A stretch of DNA of 64,000 nucleotides. Origin: Paraspadella gotoi. Its lineage: Eukaryota > Animalia > Chaetognatha. The position numbers and the translations under genes are program-made. The stretch lies in NCBI GenBank assembly GCA_051294375.1, contig CM119266.1, positions 2,037,380 through 2,101,379 of the forward strand, in the 5' to 3' direction. The notes beneath the pieces were generated by a model. The model did no database searches, was not told the DNA's origin, and was given only the letters and a program-made list of their open reading frames with translations. Positions 36,401-48,893 of this stretch are shown here, in pieces (the first letter of the stretch is position 1; each line of letters starts with the position of its first letter).

Positions 36401-36577
36401 ACCTTGTTAATCTTCTCACAGGAAAATGACGCTCCTTCACATTGTAACTGAACTTCTGAGTACCAAATGGCTGCATAAATTGATAATATTGGGTAAAGGA
36501 GTTTGTCTCTGAGAATCAAATAATGGTGCAAAAGTAGGCTGAAACTCCCTTTTAGCTTTTATATCTTGCATTGCGAC
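33461..36577. mobile_element. Non-autonomous TIR element of about 3.1 kb with TTAA target duplication (Kolobok-like); contains a HINE insertion and an internal direct duplication of about 390 bp (35350-36130)
   Basis: TTAA|GACGCAATGCAAGCTAAAAGCTGAAAGAGAGTTCCA on the left; reverse complement of the right end TTAA|GTCGCAATGCAAGATATAAAAGCTAAAAGGGAGTTTCA. No transposase ORF. Superfamily is inferred from TTAA plus non-CCY termini. Confidence 0.7.
34553..35346 (+). mobile_element. HINE/DINE-1-like element with an internal 18-mer array (AGTTGACCAAATTATGCC)n
   Basis: Same 5' hairpin, core and 3' subTIR plus GTTTGCTCAAAC stem-loop as 6902-7624; array at about 34865-35300. Confidence 0.85.
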
Positions 36578-36940
36578 TTAACCAAGGGCTCACTTTCCTC
36601 ATTACTTACCTTTCCCTCATTACTTTTTCCTTCCTCGTTACTTACCTTTCCGCAATCGCGAAATAATTTTCTTCTCATTGGAACTCATTATTATTATTAT
36701 TAACTCATTTATTAATTCATTATTAACGTTGTAGGTTTCAACGCAACTCTTCAACGCCATCTTTTAATGCCTATAGGTCAATTCGCCACAAACGTCAACA
36801 TAAAGCCTTTTTTTTTCTTTTTGTTTCCTTTGTTTCGAGAGCTTGTTTTTTTTATAAATCCAAATGCAATACAGAAACGTGTCATGACTACTTCTCTCGT
36901 CCCACTCATCCTCCACGTCTGTCTGAATGTCTCGACTTAG

Positions 36941-39549
36941 GTGACGGATATACGGACAACGTTTTTATTGCTCTACGGATCTCGTTATCTCCGACTTATC
37001 GCCTGGCTTCTACTGACGACGCTGCTGCTCCACTGCGCCGTTTCCACGTTTTACGGCATGCTGTTCCTGCGGAGAAAAAAGGTGACTACCCAGTTTTGAA
37101 TAATAGTAGCATTAATTTTGATTTACCTCGATGAAGCAAATGAAACGATTTAGGGTTTTAGACAACAACACTCCCAAAAGCCTTTATTTAAACAGAAAGG
37201 GCAAAAGGCACAGCCACAACTGACCACTTTAAAGCCAAGCAGCGGCCATCTCATAAACCAGAGCCTTTTTATTTGAAAAAAAAATCCTTGGTTTGTTAAG
37301 AAAAAACATTTTTTTAAATTAAATCTCGTTTGCTCGTTGCTAGGATTTGTATCCTCGGTTGTTCACGAATAGACGGCGGGTCGCCTTGACAACCGTGTTT
37401 ATGTGCCTGGGACTCGGATCAGTTCCTGTGATGGTGGATCAGATGAGGGATGAAAGGTCCTTGCAATTTTTAGAAGCTGACAAACATATCTTGGGTAAGA
37501 TTCACGTTTTTTTAAAAATCATTGTAGGTATGACAACATCCGGGTTACTTAAGTACGATGACCATCTGTGTGGGACATCTCACTGGGACGCGATGCCGAT
37601 ATTACCCTAGTACTGTTTTGATAGTACCAATCTAGAGAAAATGGACACAATACATGGTTGGAATAGTGCATTCCCTATCTTTTGAGATGGAGCTTATGAA
37701 GATGAGGGTGAGGCAATTAAAAAAAAATCATTGCCTCAGTCATCTCAGATAAGTTGTCCCATCAAAATCATATTGAAAGCTTGTTTGGCACCCTGCCTAT
37801 GTCATTATCGTTTTTAAGAGTGATGCCGATTACGCTTAACCACACAAAGGCCTGTCCCAAAGTCAGGGGCAAGACAGCCCCATTTATTCATGAATGGATA
37901 ATTTTCTATATGTTGTACCCAATTCATAACCTATAGAACCTAAATGATCCCTGAACTTTATTTTCTTCCAATCACCAATTGCAAGTCAAAAGGACCTTCC
38001 TGAGCGGATGGACCTCAACGCCCATGTACACATTCTCTTGATCTTACCCGCAATTGCTTCTGCAGCACCATTTGGGCCACATTTTGCTTTGGACGAACAG
38101 AAACGGCGAAACCTTTGCCTTCCTTACCTCTTTGAGGATCAGCGTTTATGAAGGCAATGTGCTATGTTTTAAAGGAGGGCGGTTTTCGATCTGGCACTCC
38201 ACCAACTCTTGTACTGTGATCATGATTCACATCTATTATCGGCACACCAGAACCCTTCTCATTTTCAATGTCACTGGAGCGTGAGGAAAGAAGGATTCAC
38301 AATCGTTTCCATCGCTTTCTCCACAGTTTCCTTGGCCAACTTCGCCGCCAAAAACCGTCATGGAGCCGACATTTCGGGTCCTTGCAATATGGCTTGCCAT
38401 GTTCTGGGAACCCTACAAGGAACTGGCGGACTCTTTGTCAGCATTGTTATTCTATATCCAAAAATCGTTTATTTCAATACTTGGTTTGTCATTATGACTC
38501 CCCTGATCATATTTCGCGTCTTTACACCAGTGGAATTGTGGGGGATTTTCCGGAGCCTTCGTGGAAGCGGCGAATGTTGTTGTGACCACAAAACTAAAAG
38601 GAATGCTTCGTCGAAACGAGGGACGCAAATCCTGATGCAGCTCATGATGAATTTGTTTTTGCTCTCGTTCTTTCTCAATATCGAGAAAGACAAATCCCTG
38701 AAGAAGGAAATTGGTATTTCGTGGGGGCTCGACAACTTGATGGCAGATTTTCCTCCTGAACTGTTGTTTCGCAGCGTTGAGAAAAATTACGGTCAGTGGC
38801 GGGCGTTCGTTTTTTGGTTTTTTTTTTTTTTAAATTTAAACTTGTCAAGCAAACGCCGGAGGACTTTGATAGATTTTGTTATAAAAAGTATAGCACACCA
38901 GTACGCGTCCGCCGCCTTTAGGCAATAATTTGAAAAATTTAATTAAAGTAGTAAAAATCAAGATTTTTATCTCGCCAGACGGGCCCGAGCCCGTCTTGGC
39001 GACATTTAGCGTTATGCTTTTTTTCTAACATAGTTTTGACTGGGGCTTACAATTTTTTTTTTCAAACAAAAATTACTACGAATTATGATGGATTTATATA
39101 AAAGTGTGCGATCATAGTAAGTTAAAATTTCAGATATGGCTTTTCATCTTGAAGATCTTTGCAATTGTCATGTTTCATATGGAATCAATTATTTTTTGTT
39201 TGAATATCTTTTTCATTATGATTTACTTCAATATGCAAATTACTTTATATAAATATGAAAATTAGTATATAGAATATATATTATAATTTGCATATTGCAG
39301 TAAATCATGTTGAAGAAAAAATTCATACAAAAAATCAATATAAAACATGTGATTTTAAAAAAACTTTTTTGATGAGAAGCTATATCTAAATCTTAATATA
39401 AATTAAAATATATACTTTAACAACTTCCATTTAAAAAAAATTGTAACAATTTCCAATTGTAAACAATTGTAACATTTTTTTCTTTAAATTATATATAAAT
39501 ATTTTTTTCTTTTGTCAGGCGCTGCCTCTTCTGATTTGTTTAAAAACGA
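36941..39549 (+). CDS. Probable XK-related (Xkr-like) multipass membrane protein with reading-frame disruptions; exons about 36941-37081, 37344-37494, 37986-38791, 39519-39549
   Basis: Hydrophobic exons with matching splice phases. SYPQLLLQ resembles the XK ESAPQLxLQ motif; FTIVSIAFSTVSLA resembles SIxxSLxSLA; also IIFRVF. In-frame TGA at 38039-38041 and a frameshift near 38270. Start codon not identified. Confidence 0.45.
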
Positions 39550-39579
39550 GTTTAGCTCTGCAGTGTTTGGACTATGGTT

Positions 39580-40461
39580 ATCATCGCATCAATCATTTGG
39601 TTATCATCGAATCAGAGAATGAATATTATCGTATCAATGAATACTATCATCACATTAAGGAATGATTATCATCACATCAGAGAATGACTATGATCGCGTC
39701 AATGAATGATTATCATCACGTCAATGAATGCTTATCAACGCATCAATGAATGATTATCATTACATCAATGAATGACTAGCTTTACATTAGTGAATGACTA
39801 TCATCATATCAGTTAGTAACTATCATCGCATCATAGTCCAGGTTGAACCACTCTCCTATTGTCGCTCGCCACTTCTCTTAAGTAACCAGTAAAGTGGGTG
39901 ATGAAGCTGGATATAAAGTTTTGATGAGAGTGGAAATGAGTTTTCATGGAAAAATCAAAGTCAAGTTGACTTGAATTTTTATTATTTATGCTTCCTCATA
40001 ATTTTTTTAATTAATTAAATAATAAATTAATTAATTAATAAAAAAATGATGCAGTTTGAAAAAATGATGCAAGTTGAAAAATTTTTTGAAGTTGAAAAAA
40101 GTTTTAAAAAATGATGGAAGTGGATATAAAGAGGCGAATTTAAAAAATGATGCAAATTTAAAAAATTATGCGAGTTGAAAAAATGATGCAAGTTTAAAAA
40201 ATAATACAGGTTGAAAAAATGATGCAAGTTTAAAAATGATGCAAGATGAAAAAATGATGCAAGTTGAAAAAATGATTCAGGTTGAAAAAATGATGCAAAT
40301 TAAAAAATAATGCAAGTTAAAAAATAATTATAGTTAAAAAAATATTTGTTTGTATTACTGGTTTGGTATGTACGATCTGTTATGATCAGTTAAATCATCT
40401 CATTAGCTGATAACCGCTTAATTATCGTCGGCAGATCCGACATTGTTTGCTCAAACTTGTT
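39580..40461 (+). mobile_element. Rearranged or 5'-truncated HINE-like copy with a roughly 22-mer array (39590-39830) and an 18-mer array (AAGTTGAAAAAATGATGC, 40040-40330)
   Basis: Central-repeat fragment at 39895-39960 and intact 3' end GGCAGATCCGACATTGTTTGCTCAAACTTGTT at 40430-40461. Confidence 0.7.
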
Positions 40462-40714
40462 TAGGTAATAAATACCCAAATTTATTGCCAATAGACCGCG
40501 CGGATCCTGTATTTTGGTAAAATTGTTATTGCTTTTGTTATGAGATAAAAGTGTTAGAGAAATTCTTTTCAACAAAAATTCTTTCCAAAAACAGCCTCTG
40601 TACTTAAAAACCCTACATTCTGCTTGCAAGCCCAGGGATTCATCGCTCCCAAAAGGTAATTTTCGGTTTTTATACCTCAAAACAAATATCTCTTTACAAT
40701 TTTGTTCATTTTAG

Positions 40715-40759
40715 TTGCGCCGCGAGTACTCGCCGAAGTCAATGCGGCATAGTACTAGT
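40715..40759 (+). mobile_element. Possible Helitron 3' terminus
   Basis: GC hairpin (GCCG...CGGC) a few nt upstream of CTAG|T at 40755-40759. Confidence 0.3.
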
Positions 40760-41122
40760 GTTCCGATAACCGTTAAAAGTTAACGGTTATTAACGGTTAA
40801 TTATAACTTTAACTTAACCGTTAATATATTTATTTTAACTCTCGAAAGACAATTCATTAAATATGCCGGAAAATTAAGACTGATCGGTGCTCTTGGTTTT
40901 CTCCAGATTTTTTCATACTTGTATAATATATGTATATATATGTAAATGTATATTCACTAGATAATAAGGAAATACATCAACGAAATGAAGTTACTGGGAC
41001 GCAATATCTTGGGCTAGCCAGTTCTTGTTTATTATCTTATCTACTTATACATAATTCTAGAGTTAAGCAATTCATGTTATTTAAAAACGAGACCAAATTA
41101 GAGCAAAAAATTAGACAAAATA

Positions 41123-42448
41123 ATGTGTCAATTGGACACTGACCAATTAATTTTACTTTTTAATTTCATGTATCGTGCATTCACTTCAATTACAAGATGG
41201 AAAAACAAGAGGTTTTCGTTCATCGAAGAAGTCAACCGGAACTTGAACTTAACTCGTCAAATTTGTAAAAACATTTATAATTTTTCGAGTCTTTACCAAT
41301 TATCTGTTTCTTTGGGCAACTACCACTTGATGCATGTGGAATATCGACTTCAACTTACTTTTCTCTTGATAAACATGACGGTATCTCTCATCTATTGTCT
41401 TTTCTTGCTGAAAGAAATGAAGATTTTGAAAAAAATGCTGATAATTTTATTACCAATTGGAATGATTATAATTGTAATTTATTTTTATCTATACCATTCT
41501 ATTCGTTATATCAACTTACTTCTCTTAAGTACTTTGTATTATATGTGGTCATTTTTTTATAACGAGGAAAATGTAAGATATCGTCCAAAAAATAAAAAAG
41601 AATTGTATCCAAAAATCGATCATTCTCACTGGCTTGTGTACAAATATTTAACAATAATTTCATATTATTCTATTATTCTATCCTGGAATTGTTTGTGGTT
41701 TATTATTAAATCAATAGTTAAAGCAATGTCAAAAACAAAACTATTTTGCGCTGCGCAAAATTTGTACGGATTTATATCTTTTTGTTTACCATTTGCAATT
41801 TTAAAACTCATATTGACTCATCGCGACAGAAAAAAAATAATTTTCGAATCCTTTGACCGAATTTGCAACGTCAGCAAGATTTCGGTTCAATGCTTAGTGC
41901 AAAACCCTTATTACCAGAATCAATATTTTGAAGTTGACAATTTCGTTGTCCACTTGTTAAATTTCTTTTTCGAGAAAGAAATTTTGTTCGTTTCGTTCTG
42001 TTGTTCTTTTACACCGTTCTTGGGTTTAGTTTCAAAGATTTTTCCCTCGAGATTAAAATCTGGAAATAAAAAGTTTATCTTTAAATTATTTTTATCAGTT
42101 TTAACTTCTGTGATGTACGTCTTAATATTTCTTTACTTGACTCCGTTTCTCACTTCAAATGTTAAACCGACAAAAGTTAAAGGGTTAAAATTTACGCCCA
42201 ACGACGTGAAAATTCTTTTCAACGCCAAATATAGAATTAATTACATCAGATCTTACGCGAGTTGCTGCACGAGAGTGAGAGAGCTGACAGAGAAAGACGA
42301 TTCAACAATGACCAAAGTTGAACCCGTTAGCGTTTTTTCCCAAATAATTAACGACGTGAACAAAATTTATGCCGCCAATTTTCCTTATTTGCTGTTAACG
42401 ACTTTTCTTTTCATTCCTGGAGCCTTAGTGTTGATATGGAATCCATAA
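41123..42448 (+). CDS. Orphan multipass membrane protein ORF (441 aa, many hydrophobic segments); possibly the terminal exon of the upstream XK-like gene
   Basis: 1.3 kb stop-free frame in very AT-rich, non-repetitive DNA, with alternating hydrophobic and basic segments. A phase-compatible acceptor exists at 41196. Family not recognised. Confidence 0.6.
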   Translation: MCQLDTDQLILLFNFMYRAFTSITRWKNKRFSFIEEVNRNLNLTRQICKNIYNFSSLYQLSVSLGNYHLMHVEYRLQLTFLLINMTVSLIYCLFLLKEMKILKKMLIILLPIGMIIIVIYFYLYHSIRYINLLLLSTLYYMWSFFYNEENVRYRPKNKKELYPKIDHSHWLVYKYLTIISYYSIILSWNCLWFIIKSIVKAMSKTKLFCAAQNLYGFISFCLPFAILKLILTHRDRKKIIFESFDRICNVSKISVQCLVQNPYYQNQYFEVDNFVVHLLNFFFEKEILFVSFCCSFTPFLGLVSKIFPSRLKSGNKKFIFKLFLSVLTSVMYVLIFLYLTPFLTSNVKPTKVKGLKFTPNDVKILFNAKYRINYIRSYASCCTRVRELTEKDDSTMTKVEPVSVFSQIINDVNKIYAANFPYLLLTTFLFIPGALVLIWNP

Positions 42449-42983
42449 AAGTCTTAGTGATCATGTTTGTTTTCAAAATAAAATGTAAAATTTTTCAACG
42501 TAGTAACATGATTCTCATATGGTTTTCATTTGGTTTGCACATTGCACATTCTACTTTTTTTAAGTATCAACGCACTTTTTACACTTTTATAATTATTTTT
42601 TTCTGCCAATTCATAAAAATTAATGACAGTTTAAAGCGTTAATATTAAGGATTAAAAAGCAAGTTAAAGAACCTCTATTGAATGGTCATCAATAACATCA
42701 GACATTAAATTTTTAAAGGCAAACCCTGTTGTACCAACTTAAATTAAATTTATTACCAAAATTGATTCATTCTCGTACATTTTCTGTAATAGTTTTTTAA
42801 ATCTCAAAGGAAAAAATATTAAGATTTAGCGTTTAACTTATTTTCGTTTTCGTCGCCGTGGGAGTTTTTCATTAACACCGACTGAGGCTCCATTCGCTCG
42901 ACAAGGAATCCTTTGAGGACTCGAAGGCAGATTCCGACTGAATACCGGTCATTCCTTCAACCTGGTCATCCGAAAAATTCACC

Positions 42984-43017
<34 letters not shown>

Positions 43018-43118
43018 CTCTTCTCTCTTGGGTTCCAAAGGAAACTGCACCAAGCGCACCCTGCTGAGTTCTACTTTTTATCCTGGCCGTTTTTAAGGAG
43101 AGTAGCTATAAATAAGAG

Positions 43119-43168
<50 letters not shown>

Positions 43169-44336
43169 GAGAGAGAGAGAGAGGAAAGAGAGAGAAAGAG
43201 AGACTGACTTCAATGACATGAATATCTTTACTACTCTCTCTCTCTCCTCTCTCTCTCCTCGTTCTCTCGTCTCTCTCTTCATTTTCTCTCTTCTTCTCTC
43301 TCTCTCTCTCTCTATCTCGGCAAATCTGTAAAAAAGTTTTTTCAAAACTGACGTTTTCGCTGATGAAGGCTAACAATTTAATTAAAACATTTTCATCTTA
43401 GTCTTATAAGTATTTTATTTTCCATGTTCTCAAAATATTATTTGGGTTTTCAAGTAGTTTGGTATCAACGCAGAAAATGCATAGATGGAAATGTAAAAAT
43501 GTAACCTATGCAGGATTAACACATTTTTAGTCTAGATTTAACCTTTCAATTACTCCTGGTTAAATACTTCTAAAATCGTTTTCTTCCAATGGATTCCCTC
43601 AATCTGCTTTTTCCCGGGGCCGACTTCATCTTCTTCATCTTCATCTTCATCTTCATCTTCATCTTCTTCCGGCCCAAACGACGACAACGCCGACGACGAC
43701 GACGACGACGAAATGCATAAAACCGATGCGTGCGACGACAGCGCCACACTTCCCGCCCAAATTCTCGCAACTTCCGCAGGAGGCGGTCCACTCTTTCTTT
43801 TCTTTACATACGAAATCGAAAGTTATAAGAATTTAAATTTTCGTCAATCCTTCTGTCAGTTTTTGCGCGGACATATCCAGAGATGTCGGGAGATGTCAGG
43901 GCATGTCAGGACATTTTCTTTCTAAGCCGAAAAACGTTTGTTTGTTTATGTTTTGTTTTCTTTTGCTTTTTTATGCTGTTGATTTGTTTTTTGACTCACC
44001 TTACACGGTGACTAAGCAGCAACCGTTGATAACAATCTCTCAGTCACGGGTCGGATTGTACTTCTGGCAAAACCAGTTGGACTTGCATTGATCGAGATCT
44101 TCGGCAACGATGACTTTAATGAGAATCAAAGCGAGAAAAAAAAATAGAGAGGCTTCATCTTTTCTTTTTGTTTTTGTTTGTTTGTTTGTTCAAGACTATA
44201 ATTTATAATCAATCAGGAAAAAAACAATTCTTTCACGGAAGGGTTGTTTTTATTATTGTTGGTGTTTTTGTCATCATCTCGTTTCCATTTTTATCCTTTT
44301 TCTTTAAGAAGAAAGCTTTCAGATGACCAGAGAGAA

Positions 44337-44368
<32 letters not shown>

Positions 44369-44369
44369 C

Positions 44370-44400
<31 letters not shown>

Positions 44401-44536
44401 AGAGAGAGAGTGAGAGAGAGACGCGTGACCCATCTTATCTTTTCTCGATGTTTCTCCATGAATCGAAAGATCGGGACCTTTTCGATTCAGCTCATGCCTC
44501 ATCAAGACAAAGGCCAAGCCTGGGAGAGAGAGAATT

Positions 44537-44574
<38 letters not shown>

Positions 44575-44879
44575 TAAAAAAACCTTTTTTCCAGATTATG
44601 GATCTGCAAATTTAGAGTTGTGCCAAGGACCAAATGCGGAAATGGGCATCACACAGTGGAATTCGATTCCGCACAGTGCAATTCGTTTCTCACTCAGTCT
44701 CTATTTGCGGCGCGACTTGCTTCAACGTTGCCCTTGACAGTAAATAACCATTTGATATTCTCCTTCGTTTTTCCTCCGATCTTGGAATACTTATTCTTTT
44801 GTCCCGTTTCTCTATATCTTATGTTTCTTTCTTGTAATTGTGTTTCACACCTCATTTTTATTATTTGTTCTACCATCCC

Positions 44880-45495
44880 TCGCCTCCCCGTCTGTCATTT
44901 GCTCCTTATTCCCCTTTCTTCCCTCTTTTTTCTCTCCTCTCCATTTTCTTTTCTTTTCTCCATTTTCTCTTCTATCCTCCATTTTCTTTCCTTTCCTCCA
45001 TTTTATTTTCTTTCCTCCATTTATTTTCCTTTCCTCCATTTTCTTTTCTTTTCTCCATTTTCATTTGTTTCCTCCATTTCCTTGTATTTCCTCCATTTTT
45101 TTCCTTTCCTCCATTTTCATTTCTTTCCTCCATTTTATTTCCTTCCCTCTATTTTCTTTCCTTTCCTCCATTTGCTTTCTCTTCCTACGTTTTCTTTTCT
45201 TTCCTCCATTTTCTTTTTATTCCGCCATTTCCTTTCCTTTCTTCCATTTTCTTACCTACCTCTATTTTCTTTTCTTTCCTCCATTTATTTTCCTTTCCTG
45301 CATTTTCTTTTCTTTTCTTTTATCCATTTTCATTTTTTCCCTCTATTTCCTTGTCTTTCCTGAATTTCTTTCCTTTCCTACATTTTCTTTTCTTTCCTCC
45401 TTTTTCTTTTCTTTCCTTCATTTTCTTTTCTTTCCTCCATTTTCTTTCCGTTCTTCCATTTTCTTTTCTTTCCTCCATTTTCTTTTCTTTCCTCT
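44880..45495 (+). repeat. Polypyrimidine minisatellite (TTTCCTCCATTTTC core)
   Basis: About 600 bp of almost G-free degenerate tandem repeat. Confidence 0.9.
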
Positions 45496-47749
45496 CCCAA
45501 ACTCCGGGACAAACACGAAAAGTTATCTCAGTGTTTGACCATCATTTGCGAGAACTGGACTGGCCGGCGCCCGCGACCGCCGAGGAGGAGCCGATGCTAT
45601 CTTTTTCAATATGAGCGGGAAGAGGAGGTCGTCGGAAGAGAAGAGGAAGGGAGGAAATTCGGTTGGTCTCTTCTTTCCTTCCTTTTCATAATAAGCGAAG
45701 AGAACTCATAATCTGATTTGGTCACGGGGTGGGTAGGTGGGAGAGGAGGGTGGAAAAGAGAGGAAGGAGGGGAGAGGAGGGTGGAAAAGAGAGGAAGGGG
45801 GAGAGAGGAGGGTGGAAAAGAGAGGAAGGGGGGGAGAGAAAGTGGTTGATAGTGCGTTAAAAGGTCGATCACGTGATGGAATGTTTGAGGAGTTACTAAA
45901 AATAGAAAATCTGAGTTAAAAAAAAAAAAAAATGAAAGAACATCAATCTCTAGAGATTCTGGATAATTAATAATGATAGAAAGAGAATATAATCAAAAGG
46001 AATGATGGGAAACAAAATAGGAACCTAGTAGGGATCGTTAAATGTCGACCAGCAGGGTGGAAGAGGAAGGAAGGAGAAGGGAGGAAGGAGAAGAAAGAGG
46101 AAGAAGAAGATTGAGAGGAAATAAATAAGGAATCGCCGGAAACGGAGGACGTGAGGAAGAAGAGGAGGAAGGAGGAAAAGAAGAGGAGAGAAGAAAGACA
46201 CGAGTTGAACAGATGGACGGAGATATCGAGTAATTTTGCGGAATCGTTGATGCATCTCATTGAGATATTTATCAATATAATTTCAGCCCAACTCCGTTAT
46301 CGTCTTAGAAGTATAGAGGAATTTTGTCGTCAAAAAAAGTAAATATTAATCTGATTCAGAAACCGAAAGTTATTTATGGTTCAAAAAGAATTTTCTTAAC
46401 TGAAAACGGCTGTTGTGAAGGTAGGGTTAGCCACAACAATTTTTTCGACCCCGAGATTGCCAAGTGGATAAACCGGCGGGTCACTTCCGAAAAAATGGCG
46501 TTCACGAGGTGGGACCATTGGGTTCAGAAACAAAACGTTATTCATATGCGTTAATACGTCACGGATGAAATGGAAGGGTCTAATGGAACGCTAATGTCCG
46601 TGATTCATTATTAACCTGAGTCCAAGTTATTAACAAGCACAACAGAGATGCGAGAAACTTTCACCAAGTCACTTATTTCACTCATTGCGAAGAAAAAACA
46701 AGTTTTTACGCCAAAACAAAACAAAAAAAAAACGAAAAGGAAACAACAAAACATTAATTCCGCGTCGCTTTTCGTAATATTATTCATCGTAAAAAGTTAT
46801 TAATCGTTCGAAGCGACGACGAATAGAAAAAAGTAAAAAGAAAAGAAAATCCTCATCAAAAAGAAGAGAAAAGAATTGCAAATGCGATTCGCATCTTCGT
46901 TGCCAAGAGAAACAAGCATTTGTATCAATCAGCGAGCGATGACGCCGCCGACGCCGCCTCCGTTGGGGGGCGACGACGCCGCAGCGGCAGCCGCCAAACC
47001 GCCAGCGCCGAGAAGGAAACAAAAAACGATTTGTTTTCTCCTCTTTTGCCGTCAGATGCCCAACGAAAATTGGCGCCACTCCATCGAGAGATCGGCGTGA
47101 CGGCGCCGAAGATGAAGGCCCCGGATGTGGGGACGATGACGATTTGTGAGAGGAACGACGATGACGGATCTAATGGTATAAAAGTCAAAGCATTTGGTGA
47201 TTATATAATATATATAATGATGATGTGATGAAGCTGAAGATACTGAAGATGATAACGACGAAGATATGAGTAGCGATGATAACTATGAAGATTTGAGTAG
47301 CGATGATCACGACGAAAATGAGAGTAGCGATAACAACGACGAAGATAACGAACGAACAATGCAAACGCCATAAATGACGGAACATCACCTGTGATTCATA
47401 AAAACGACTTATTGAAACTTCGTTCGTGTTATGAAAATTGTAGAAAACAACTATTCTAAATCATTGAATAAAAGCGGCATATTTTTAGTCGATTTAACTA
47501 ATTTGAGGCCATCTTTATGTTTAATTAATAAATTAACTAAATTCGTAAAAAATATCTTACCTTTGACGACAACAATAACAACGACGACGACAAGACGCGT
47601 CTTTTCTTTTCAACTGAAAAAAAAAAAACATTAAAATTGAAGATGAAATTTTGAAACGACGGTTCGGGCGACGACGGAAAATAGCGGAGCATAAAACCGC
47701 CATTAAGCTGATCAATAATCTTGTCAGCGAGAATTTCACAATTTCACGA

Positions 47750-47878
<129 letters not shown>

Positions 47879-47919
47879 CAACGAAGTGAAGGAGTTAATC
47901 GCGAGGCGGCGCGCTTGTA

Positions 47920-47970
47920 AATGACGCGTCTTCCGCTTCCGGTTTGTTTCGTCTCCATGGAAAGCGCCGG
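47920..47970. promoter_or_regulatory. Candidate promoter or enhancer core: TGACG, ETS-like CTTCCGG and RFX X-box-like GTCTCCATGGAAAG
   Basis: Motifs cluster within 50 bp in a CpG-rich patch between GA tracts; motif match only. Confidence 0.25.
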
Positions 47971-48132
47971 CATTTTTCTTGGGTTTTAATGCGCGAAAGT
48001 CGAAGAAGGAACGAAAGGCGAAAAAGTCTTAAAAGATAAAAGTGAGGAGACACAAATAAAGATGAGCGGAAAATGAAACAAAAATGAGGAGTTGGGTGAA
48101 GTTCAGGAATGAAGTGGGAGAGAGAGAGAGAG

Positions 48133-48177
<45 letters not shown>

Positions 48178-48308
48178 GAGAGAGAGAGAGAGAGAGAGAG
48201 CAATTTGTACTCCCAAAAGTCATAAAAACGTCTCTAATATTCTGAGTGAGTAAAAAATGAGTAAAAAGGTTTATTATGCATCGCTTTTACCGCAATGTAA
48301 TTTTATTG

Positions 48309-48375
<67 letters not shown>

Positions 48376-48855
48376 ATCAATCTTGGGGTAAAAAGGAAAA
48401 ACTCCCTGGCTTCCTCCGAAGAGATTAATTTCTCTGGCAAACTCATTTTCTCTCTTTCTCCCCGGAAACTCAGCCTCCGGCACATCATTTGCTGCCTTTC
48501 CTTTTTGGGAGGCTCTCTTCATTAACAGCTCTTAAGTGAAGCTCCGGCTTTTCTCTGCGTCTCTCCTCTCTCTCCCTCTCTCTCGTCTTCTTCTCTTCTC
48601 TCTCTCTCTCTTCTCTCCTCTCTCTCTTTTCTCTCTCTCTCTTCTCTTTCGATCTCTTCGTCTGCTAAGTCTCTTCTCGTCTTTTCTGTGTGCTCTTTCT
48701 CTCTCTCATACTCTCTCTCATCATTTGCTTGCTCTCATCTTTCTCGTCTGACCTCGGGTTGGCTCCTCTCTTGTCCTTTCCCCCGAATGCGTGTAAGTTA
48801 TGGGTTCTCACTAAGTGCTTTTAAAACTGGAATTGAAATTCAGACGTCTCCTCGT

Positions 48856-48893
<38 letters not shown>

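Noticed and set aside
38039-38041. In-frame TGA as selenocysteine or readthrough in the XK-like gene
   Set aside because: Glu is expected at this motif position, another frameshift lies nearby and no SECIS was seen; indel error or decay is simpler.
43360-43385. CTGATGAAGGC, identical to the start of the 4262 hammerhead
   Set aside because: No stem II partner or GAAAC follows.
44620-45614. Long Phe/Ser/Leu-rich ORFs (also 52379-53201, the 49926-50502 poly-Met/Ile ORFs and the RERE/LSLS ORFs)
   Set aside because: They are translations of microsatellite or polypyrimidine tracts that lack stop codons by composition.
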